Origin: Anaeramoeba ignava BMAN | Lineage: Eukaryota > Protista > Anaeramoebae | Reading direction: 5' to 3' | NCBI GenBank assembly: GCA_028826165.1 | Contig: JAPDFW010000044.1 | Location: 656,618-720,617 of the forward strand | Length of the DNA: 64,000 nucleotides | Part shown: one piece after another, positions 52,301 to 62,600 of the stretch | Layout of the letters: each line of letters begins with the position of its first letter | Numbering within the stretch: position 1 is the stretch's first letter | Made by a program: the position numbers and the translations under genes | Notes under the pieces: generated by a model | What the model saw: only the letters and a program-made list of their open reading frames with translations | Told to the model about the DNA's origin: nothing | Databases searched by the model: none

Positions 52301-52981
52301 AAAAAAACATTTTCAAGTCCATTCACAATACAAAAGATGAAGAAATTGATTCAAGAAGCACTTAACCTGACAACATCAGGAAAATTTTTGGAAAGTATGA
52401 AAATTTTCGAATTAATTCTCGTTCAAATTCCTTTAATGATTTTAAACGATCCTTCTGAAGTCAATGAAGTGAAGAAGATGATTGTTTTGAGCAAAGAATA
52501 TCTGAGCGGATTGAAACTAGAACAAAAGAGAAAAGAGCTCCAAAACAATCCAAAAAGATCGTTAGAAATGTCATGCTATTTTACACATTGCAATCTTCAA
52601 TTAAATCACTTGATTCTTAGTCTTCGTTCAGCAATGCTATTGAGTCTGAAAGAAAAAAATCACATCAACGCATTATCATTTGCAAAACGCATTTTGGAAT
52701 TGGGAGCAAGTAAGGATTTATCAGACAAAGCAAGAAAAGTTGTTGTTTATTGCGAGAAAAATCAATCAAATGCTTATCAATTAAATTATGATGAAAGAAA
52801 TCCTTTTGTTTTATGTTGTTATTCTTTTGAACCAATTTATCGTGGAAATGATAGTGTGGATTGTCCTTATTGCGGTGCTTCTTATTTACCTAAATATTCA
52901 AATCAACTTTGCAATATTTGCCAAATGAGTAAAATTGGAATAAAGGATTTAAAAGGATTAACACTTCTTAAAAAAATTTAA
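49316..52981 (+). CDS. COPA: Coatomer subunit alpha (alpha-COP)
   Basis: KFQSESERVKFVSFHPTRP, GHTDYIRTVQFH..PWILSCSDDQTIRIWNWQ, YFTHCNLQ, YDERNPF..CPYCGA..CNICQMSKIG; intronless, ~1221 aa. Confidence 0.97.
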   Translation: MDLLIKFQSESERVKFVSFHPTRPLIIAALHDGEIQLWDYELKILLTKFKKHEGAVRGIDFHPTQPLFVSAGNDSLISIWNYKERKHLYYLEGHTDYIRTVQFHKEFPWILSCSDDQTIRIWNWQNRTCISVLTGHNHFVMYAAFHPNQDLILSASLDNTIRIWDFSGLRLKYSSLENQSDFSIGANTLSQLQKNLFGNSEVELKFILEDHEQGVNWASFHPRLPLIVSCSDDRTLKLWKISDSQVILLETLTGHRNNVCAAIFHPKEDLILSDSEDSTLRIWSLDKKINIKTFSKDDNSFWCLANHPTESLFAAGHDKGFILFKLSKERPAYFPLERNILFVKNNSIMNYNIKDHSQNIVSKSSQKIDQKNLFGLHYNKYEKLMLLEFNDNFELIRLSTNETNRSHRGSGGSCIWISRDKIGVLSQDNKILLKNLQNQITKTISLPDDISTNTPKEITHNLGKITRIFAAGFGMILLRTVSKIYLLDIQQKKILSSISAKRIKQTIWSEDMNYLALIGAFEIIICDKKLKQIATIEEKIRIKGYCWSKSNVFFYTTLHHFKYCLSNGDYGIIKSIDKCIYLVAVDNNAAFYFDRIDDGIRIMLFDSTEVALKSAIINNKMEDVVPLLRNKTITSRAFIEYLTKHGHPEIALHFVQNEKTKFELALQCGDIQNALDSAKKIDHRIYWQNLAKEALKQGNVDIVENCHLRNENIYGLIFLYSITGNFDKLSKLPKIAEMKDDLLSHFQAALFLGSPEERIKTLVKSNQLNYAYLTAKTYGLTEEAEKIQALIEQKNKNVPDQFEPKSKELITTPTPILHQTNWPLLTVSRGITYSTFAKDNVIEDDKPQENIVIEGEWDIPELEESKTENQIQTNEPQENEENDWIDGNEIDLLEITENIDKSIDSSQKSEKEIFVAPIHGKMSHESWIGSSNIPAEYVAAGHFKTAMDLLNSQIGIVNFNPMKNLFLSLFLSAHDSLQAFPNIIDINYENCDQITKKTFSSPFTIQKMKKLIQEALNLTTSGKFLESMKIFELILVQIPLMILNDPSEVNEVKKMIVLSKEYLSGLKLEQKRKELQNNPKRSLEMSCYFTHCNLQLNHLILSLRSAMLLSLKEKNHINALSFAKRILELGASKDLSDKARKVVVYCEKNQSNAYQLNYDERNPFVLCCYSFEPIYRGNDSVDCPYCGASYLPKYSNQLCNICQMSKIGIKDLKGLTLLKKI

Positions 52982-53075
52982 ACTTTAAAAAAATTTTAAA
53001 GCAAAAATAATAAAAATTAAATTTTCATTTTCATTTTCATTTTCATTTTTTTCTTTTCTTTTCTTTTCTTTCAAA

Positions 53076-56000
53076 ATGGAATCAACTCAAAAAATTTTTC
53101 GAAATATTGATTTTGAATTTGTTCAATTTGCACTTTCTTTAAATCAAAATGATGCACAAAAAACGATCGAATTCATTTCAAATGAAAAAAATTCAGAAAA
53201 AGTGTTTCAATTAATTGATTCATTGAAAAACAAAGAAAAAGAAAAAGAAATTTTAGTAAAAGATATAATCCAAAGTATTGAAAACAAAGATGTGAATCAA
53301 GTTGAAAAATACATTACAATTTGGAAAAAAATAAAAGGAATTCAAATGATTGATGCTTTTGATTACAATTCGTTACTTCATATTGCTTGTTTGAAAAATT
53401 CTGGATTGGAGATTATTAAATTACTTATTGGAAGTGGAGCAGATGTTAATTTTATGAATGATAATAAACAAAATGTTCTTCATGTTGCTTGCAAAAATGG
53501 AAATTCAATGGATATCATTAAATTGTTATTGGAAAAGAAGCCTTTAATAACAAAAGATAAATTTGGTTCTACACCTCTTATTTGGGCTCTTTCTAAAAAT
53601 CCAAATTATGAAATTATTGATTTATTATTAAAATATGGAGAAGATCCAAAAATTAGAGTATAAATCAAAATTCATTTATAAAATTAAATTCATTTATAAA
53701 ATTAAATTCATTTATAAAATTAAATTCATTTATAAAATCAAAATTAAATTCATTTATAAAATTCATTTATAAAATTAAAATTAAAATTCATTTATAAAAT
53801 TAAAATAAAATTCATTTATAAAATTAAAATTAAATTCATTTTTAAAATTAAATTCATTTATAAAATTCATTTATAAAATTAAAATAAAATTAAAATCAAA
53901 ATTCATTTATAAAATAAAATTCATTTTTAAAATTCATTTATAAAATTAAAATTCATTTATAAAATTCATTTATTGGTTTGTTTGCTTTAGTTCCAAAAAA
54001 TGTCCCTTTTCTTCTTGGCTATTAAAAATCAAGCAGATCATAAAACATTGAAAATTTTACTTGATCACGGACTAGATCCAAAAGAAATTTTCCAAGATAA
54101 AACAGCAATTGATTTCGCAATATTGCACCAAAGTTCTTTGGAAGTGATCCAATTTCTTCACCAAAATGGAGTTGATGTAAAAAGAAAATCAAAAGCAGGA
54201 TTTAATTGTCTTTATTTTTTACTTGTGAAAAAAGTTAATTCTCCAGAAATTTGTGATTTTCTCATATCTGTTGGAATAGATATTTTGGAAGAAAAAAATA
54301 CACTGCTTGAAGTCGCACTGGAGAAAGGAGTTGGTAATTCTGTTTTAGAAGTAATGGTTTCTAAAATCACAAAACAACAACTGGAAAGATACACTGAAAA
54401 GAAAAAAGGAAATCCTTTATTGAATATCGCACTTGAACACCAAAGAAAATATGGAATCATTAAATCATTGATTGAACTTGGATGTCTTGTTAATGAAAAA
54501 AATTATAGAGGAAAAACATCCCTTTATTTCGCAATTGAAAAGAAAGCAGATCTAAACACAATTAAATTACTTATTGATTCGGGGGCAAATATCAAAGAAA
54601 CAGAAGAAAAAACAGAAAAAAAAAAAGGTCTTCGATTACCATCCATATTGACAACAGCAATCGCACATTCACGTGAAGTTGAGGTTATCAAATTGCTGAC
54701 TGATTCAGGTGTTCAAATTGAAGACCAAAATTTAGTTGCTGCCTTCAAAAAGGATATGAAAGTATTCTTGCATCTCCTCAGCATCAAAACAGATTTCAGT
54801 TTTGAATCAAACTTGTCGATGATAATCAGCTTTGATTGCGATTTGGATTTCGATAAAATCAAGTTTCTTGCTGACCATATGAAGGATATCAATTATAAGT
54901 CAGATTATCAAAACACCATCCTGCATTTATTATGTAAGACACCGTACATCAGCCCCGAAATTCTTGAATATCTCATTTCAAAAGGAGTTGATTTAAACGC
55001 AGTTAACGAACAAGGAAATCTTCCTTTCTTCTATTTATTCGGATTTCGCAAAAGAGTTCCAGAAGAGAAAATTGAGAAATTGGTGGATATCTTTTTTGGA
55101 AAATGGAATGAATATCGATTACTATGATCCACAAGATAAAATCGTACTTGATAAACAAGATTTCTTGGATTGATGCTCCACTTGGTTGTTGGAAGAAGAT
55201 GCTACCAAAATTTGGTGAGTTATCAAAAGAAAAAAAAAGAAAAATTATCTTATTCTTTTCCTTTCTTGTTTTTGTTCGAAATTTGTAGAATTTGTTGATC
55301 CTTTAAGTCCGAAAATGAGATCTCCAGTTGATGAAAGATATATGACCTTAAGAACAGAAGCAGACAGTTATGACAAAGAATACATGGATGGTACAAGAGA
55401 ATTACTCCAATTACTGAAACATTACACAAGCTTTAGTGATGATTTTAACAAATTATTCAAATCAGGTTTATTTCCGGATTTGGAGATTAAATTTGCAGAT
55501 GAAGAAATTGCTCAGGTTCACAAATTGATTATATCAGCAAGAATTGGAAAAGAAAAATTGGAAGAATTTATAGAGTTTTGTAAAAAGAAGACGAAAAAAG
55601 ATCTAAAGTTTTTGTTTCAATGGATTTATTCAGGTTATATCGCAGATTTCGATTTTGAAGAAGAATTGTTTGCTGATTATGAGAAATTTTGTGGAGAAAA
55701 CAAAAACGATTCTTATGTGATTTATGAGAGATATGACAAGGTTGTTGAGATTTTGGAGAATGAAAGGAAAAACAATTTGAATTCAATTCTCGACAATTTG
55801 AATGAGATTGGGGTTTTGAAAACAAAAGAGGAATTGATCAAGAAAACACAATCAGATGGATTGAGAAAAGATATCTCAAAGTTATTTTATGAGGATGAAA
55901 CAAAGGATTTTAAGATCATTTGCGAAGATGAAGAAATTAAAGTTCACAAACTCATTTTAATTGCTCGTTCAGAATTATTTTATGGAATGTTTTTGAATGT

Positions 56001-56217
56001 GAATGATGATTCAAATCAAGTAAATGATTATAGTGGGAAGAAAAAACAATCAATTAAAGAATTTATTAAGTTTTTGTATTTCGATAAAATTGATATGAAT
56101 ATTTCAGAAGAAATAATTGAAGAATTTTATGATTTTGATAAATATTATCAATTAAATGAAAAATCCGTTTTTCCTTTACTTTTAGAAGATTTAAAAAGGC
56201 AAAGAAATTTAAATTAA
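53076..56217 (+). CDS. CUE/UBA-like N-terminus + ankyrin repeats + tandem BTB protein
   Basis: IFRNIDFEFVQFALSLNQNDAQKTIEFI (CUE-like); SLLHIAC, NVLHVAC, GSTPLIWA ankyrins; intron 53658-53990 and a second intron ~55216-55288; two frameshifts ~55095-55160; BTB HKLILIARSELFYGMF..VNDYSGK. Confidence 0.75.
53665..53972. repeat. Intronic repeat AAATTCATTTATAA with AAAATT spacers
   Basis: Directly visible. Confidence 0.85.
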
Positions 56218-56273
56218 GACAAGAAAAACAACAAGAAAAAGCAAAAACAAAACTTGTCTGATTTCTTCTTTTT

Positions 56274-56395
56274 TTTAATAATTTTTAATCATTTTTAATA
56301 ATTTTTAATAATTTTTAATAATTTTTAATAATTTTTAATAATTTTTAATAATTTTTAATAATTTTTAATCATTTTTAATAATTTTTAATCATTTT
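56274..56395. repeat. 10-bp tandem repeat (ATTTTTAATA)n, intergenic
   Basis: About 11 aligned copies. Confidence 0.9.
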
Positions 56396-56632
56396 TTTCC
56401 TTTTTTCGATCAACTTCAAAATAAAAAGAATAAAAATAAATTTAATAAGACTTAATAATAAAAATAATTTCCAAATTAAATTTATAAACAAAAAGCAAAT
56501 TCCACTTTTTTTACTTATTTTTTTTTTATTTAAAAATTAATTAAAAACAAAATTTTTTTTTTTTCCTTTTTTTTATTCTTTTTTTTTTTTTATTTTTATT
56601 TTTCATTTTTTTATTTTTAAAATAAATAAAAA

Positions 56633-59600
56633 ATGAATAAAAACCAAACACCAGTTACATTAATTGCAGTTAAAAAAGGAAAACCAAAACTTAAATACAA
56701 AGATCCAAATCAAGAAACAAAGCCTATTGGACAAGATTTTGAATCAAATCATGTTCACTTTTATACCTTTTATTTTTCAGAAAAAGAACTTAATTACACA
56801 TTTGAAAAAGAAAAAGAAAATGAAAACGAAAACGAAAATGAATTCAAACAAATTAAGATTACAGAATCAAAGATTATTTTTGATTTCGATGAAAAAGATT
56901 CAAAAAAATATGGAACAAGAGTTATTGATGCAGTTATTGATTATTCAACTCCAAGTGAAAAAAAAATATTGAAAGAAAGGCATTGGGAATTTTTCTTTGA
57001 ATTTCTTAATCAATTCTCAAAAAAAGGATTTCAAACAAAACAAAGTTCAAAAGTTACTTTCAAATCAAAACCAGAAAATATTGTTAAAATTCTTTTCGTT
57101 CTTGGATTAAGATACAGTAAATCAACTCTGAAGAAAATTTTCAAAGAAAGTAAAAAAGATGATTTAATTGAATGCAATAAACAAATCATTGAACTTTATC
57201 AAAAAAAAGAATATCCTGATGTTTTTAATATTTTCACTAATTTTCTTTCTGAATTAAATCAAAATTACAAAGAATCAAAAAAAATCATTTTTTTTCCTCT
57301 TTTCATTACTTTCAAAAAGGAATTCACAAATCCAAATAGTATTCAACAAAAAGATCTTGGAATTCTCTTTTCTTTTTATGCAAAGTATCACTCAACAATT
57401 TCTGAACTTTCAAAAAAAGTTTTAATCAAGATTTTTGGCAAATCATTAAAGTTCAAAAACACAAATTGGTTCGATTTTATTAACATAATTCTAAAAAAAG
57501 AATTGATAATAAATCTCTTTTTAATCCCAAATTTCCAGAATAATTTGAAAAATACAATTTTCCCTAATTTATTGGAATGCTTTCAATTTTGGGTGAATTT
57601 GTACAATTTTGTTACAAGTCCAGAAATGAGGAAAATCAGAGATCTAAGAAGTGCTATTATGCAAATAGCAAGTATATTGCCTGATATTGCTAGTCATTCT
57701 CTTTTTAATCAATCCTGTTTGAAAAATGAAAAAAGAAGTTATATTGAAAAATTATCTGATTTAGTTACAATTTTCCAAAGATAAAAGTTATTATGAATAC
57801 AGCAATAAATAAAATCAAAAACAACGATGAAAGATTAGAATTTTTTGATAAATTAGATGAAAAAGCAAAAGAATTCTATTCGATGGATTTAACAAATGAT
57901 TTCCAAAATGTTTCAAAAAAACAATTTTTAAGATTTCTTCCAATAAAAATCCAATTAGAAAGTTGGAGCGAACATTTATTGAATGAAAGAAAAAAATTAG
58001 AAGACAGTCCTTTTGATGAAATTATCCAAAATAAAGAAGGTTTACCAAAAAGATGGATGAATATAATTATTCTATTTTTGCAATTCAATACTTCAAATCC
58101 TAAAAACAATTTATTATATCCAAAAAATCCAAATAAAAATGAAATTAATTTGGCTCATAATCTTAAAGAAAAATTGGAAAAATATCAAAAAGAAATCTAC
58201 AATTATTTTATCAAATTACAAGATCCAAAACAAGCTAAAATGAATGATTTGAAAGAACTTTGAAGACAATGAAAAGAATTTGAAAGTATTATTTCCTTTC
58301 TTCCAAGAAAATTTGAAAAAAAAAATCCAAAAAAACAAAAAAATTTACTTAAAACTTATTGAGGAACTTTCTCCAATCAAAGATTTATTACTCAAATTTG
58401 ATGAAGAGAAGATTAATCAAAAATTTCCAAATTGGAAAAAAATTGACACAATGAAAATTACAATCGATCAATTCAAACAATTCATTAAAACATTAAAGGA
58501 AGAAAAAGATACTTGGTTTAACATTATTTTATATTCTATAAGTTTTTTCTATCAAGAAAAATTAACAAAAAATATTGAATCTAAAGAAAATGAAAATTTA
58601 AGTATTGATCAAATTTTAAGTAAAGTAAAAAGTGAATGGGAAAAACTGGATAAAAAGATTTAAACAAAGATCCAAATTTAGAATATATAAACACTGAATT
58701 TCCAATAGCAAAAGAAGAATATCTTGATAAAGATTATACAAAATTTCAAACATATAACGAACAAAATCAATCTGAACAAAAAAAGGAATTCATAACAAAA
58801 AAACAAAAACAGAATTCAAGAATTTTTTGAATTTAGGAAAATAATCAATAGAATTGATCCTTTAATTAAATTTTGTGAAATTTTTATTCAAAACAAAAAT
58901 GATGAAGAATTATCAAATATCAAAAATTTGAAACAAAATTGGCAACAAAATAAACTTTCTGAAATTACAAATTTAAAACAAAATATTGAAAAAACTTTGA
59001 AAGTTAATATTCAAATGCTCGATTTGATAAATGATTTATTTCCTAATCAAGATGAAAAAGATCAAACAATAATTAAATGGATAAAAGAAGAATTAAAAGA
59101 AAAAACTATTGATAATTTAAAAAAAGAAATTCAAAAAATCAATATAGCTAATGATGATGATTTAAATCAAACAAAGAAATATCTAATTAATTTTATTGAT
59201 ATTTTCAATCCTTTCTTTACAAAAACATTTCAAAGATTTTGATTCAATAACAAAACAATTCTCAAAAATTCAAAAAGAAATGGAGGAAAAGATAAAAAAA
59301 ACTAATTTCAAATTATTAGTCAAAAACTTCCCTTTATTAAAAGAACAAAATATTAAAGAATTATCAGATACTTTAAGTGATAAAATTGAAAAAATTTTCA
59401 AAAACGGATCCAAAATTATTTTTAGACTTGAAGAACCAATTTTTCAATGCCAAATTAATGAAGAAAAAGAAATACTTAATTTTGAAGATTTCATAAGTAT
59501 GTGGAGAGTTGCTTTAAACAAAAAGAATAAAAGTCAAAGTCAAGCACTTGATGAGAATCTAAATGAAGATAAAGAATTTTCATTATTAAGACAATTTGAA

Positions 59601-62600
59601 GTTCTTTTTGAAACAATTCAATCAATTAATACATATTTAGAAAAGTTTATTCCAATAAAGTATTATAAACAAATTCCAGGAATTAATGAAGAAATTAAAA
59701 TCAATGAAGATGATAATACTTATTCAGCAAAAATGGAAGAATTGGAAAAAAATATCAACCAAGCTTTAAAAAATTGGGAAGAAGATAGTAAAAATATTTC
59801 AAAAGAGCAATTATCAGGAATTTTATCAACAAATCAATTACTTTTAGTTTCAACTCCTTTATTAAATATTCAAGAAAAAAATAAAGTGATTTATCCAATC
59901 TTAAAATTAATTTTTGGAAAAAAAAGATCTGTTCCACAAGAAATTTTACACAATATTATTAGCCAACAAACCGATAATTGGATAAATTCTTCTACAGGAT
60001 TTTTCAATTTAATCAAAAATAATTTTACTTGGCCAATAATTAAGAATTCTTTAAACGAAATCAATATACAATCTAGAACAAACTTGAGCAATGAACTTAT
60101 CAAACAAATTAACAAAAGGGATGGAAACATATCAAATCCAAAAATATTTATTAAAGAAGTGAAAACAGATTCATTTATTCACAATGAAGTTACCATGATT
60201 TATTATTTATATTCAAATTATTTGCCACAAAGAGAACAAATTCTTTTTTGTGATTCAAATACAACTGTGGGAGATGTGAAGAATTTTTTCTCAATTTATA
60301 AGTATTATAACGAAGAATATTCTAATTCTAAAAAACAAACATATCAAGAAGAAGAAAAGGTTATTTTTTCTATTATAAATGCAACATTATTATCCCAAAC
60401 AAGCCAAAGTGAAGTTATTTCTCAAATAAGATCAATTAATTTCATAACACATTTCCCATTAACTATTTTTGTTTTGGAAGGAGAACAAAATGCATTTTTA
60501 ATGAGTCAATTACAAGAAGGAAAATTGATTATTAATTTAGAAAATGATTCAATTCTCAATGAAATTATTAAAAAATCAACATTTTTCCATCATTTCAAGG
60601 TTTTTTATTCACAAAATGAAGGAGATGGAAAAAGTTATCAAATTAGAAAATTTTGTAATTCTCAAAATGATAACATTGATTACAAATATTATCTTATTCA
60701 ACTTACAACAGGAGAAATACAAGAATTGATTGTTGAATTGAATAAAATCCCAATAGAAAAGAAAAACGAAAATGAAGAATTATTTATTCATATTGAATTT
60801 CCAACTGAATGTTCATTACAAATGACAGATTCTCTTTGGCAATTATCAATGTGGGGTTCTATTGAAGATAGACAAGCAAAAGATCCTTATAATATTTGTT
60901 GGACTTTACCTCCAAATGCAAAACTTTTTTTTGAAATTCCAAGTCAAAATGATATTTGGAAATATTTTTATCCACTTCAAAAATTTCAACCAAAAGAATG
61001 TTCATGTTCTGTAAATGAAATTAAATTCAAAATGTATGAAGTTGATGATCAAAAAAAAATTCAAGAAATTGATGATAATGATTTGAAAAAAGTTGCAAAT
61101 CTTCTTATTGAAACTCAAAATAACACTTTATTCAATAATTTCCAAAATTTGGATAATTGGAAACAAAAATTATCAACACAAAATCCTGATCCAAACTCAT
61201 TTTTCAATAAATCTCAACACATCATACAAATCATTTCAAATCAATTAAATCCTAATTACAATTTCCATAAATCTTTTAGATTATTTTATCAATTTTGGAA
61301 TTCATTAAAAAAATTTATCAATTTAATTCTTAATTGGGAAATTTATGATGATGAAGATGAAGATGATTATAACAATGATAATTCACAACAAATATCGTTT
61401 ATAAGAAGACAAGAAATTATTAGATGTTGGATGTTTTCTGTTGCCAGATTAAATCTAATTTCCTTTTTTTCAACAAAAGAAGGTGTTTTTGATAATTTTT
61501 ATTCATTCATTCTTAATTTACAATTTCAAAATGGGAATCCAATTTCAATTTATAATCCAAATATTTTTGGTTCAGTTGGAGAAGTTGGATTATTTATTAA
61601 AGATAATTTTGATAATTCCAATTTACTTGAGTTTGAAAGAAATTTACATTCACAATCAATTTCAGATCCTAATTTTAATTTGGGAGGTTCAATTTCAAAT
61701 AATGTAAATGATCTCAAAACTGAATATAAAAAAATGTTGGATTTTTTTAGTTTTCTAAATTCAAATAAGCCGCAAAAAAATGAGAATAGTGATAACGAGA
61801 GTAGTGATGATGAAAATGATAATAATAATAACAAAGAAAATAATGAAAATGATACAAGAAAAGGAAAATATGTTCTTACATTTGATAATCTTTCCAAAAT
61901 GATGTTCATTCAATTTAGAATGTTTACTGGATTTTCATTAATTATAAGTGGAGAAACTGGATGTGGAAAAACTGCATTAATTGAATATTTATTTCGAGAT
62001 ATTTTAAATTATCAATTTAGTAAATTCAATTCAGAAGAAGAATTAAATGAAAATGAAAAAGAAAAAAATCATTTCATTACATTTAATGTAAATGGAGGAA
62101 CAACAAAAGAAAAAATTAAGAAATTAATTAAAAAATCTAAAAAAATTGGAAAACAAAATCAAGTTGTTTTATTTTTTGATGAATTGAATACTGCACCTAA
62201 ATATTGTATTCCTATTTTCAAATATTTGTTTATTGATCGATTATTTGAAGGCAAAAAAATACCATCAAACATTAAATTTATTGCAGCAATTAATCCATAT
62301 AGAGAAAGAAAATCAAAAGCAATTTCTGAAAATCAAAATAATGAAAGATCAAAATAATGAAAATCAAAATAATAAAGATCAAAATAAAGAAGAAGAGGTT
62401 TGTGGATTACTTTTTGATTATGGAGATAAAAAGAATAAAGAACAAGAAGAAATTAGAAATGCTGTTTATCGAGTTCATAAAATTCCAAATTCATTAGAAA
62501 ATAGTGTTCTTAGTTTTGAATCATTAAAATCAACACAAGAAAAAGTATACATTTCCAAAATGGTTGATAATACTTTTTACTCAATTTTAAACAACAACGA

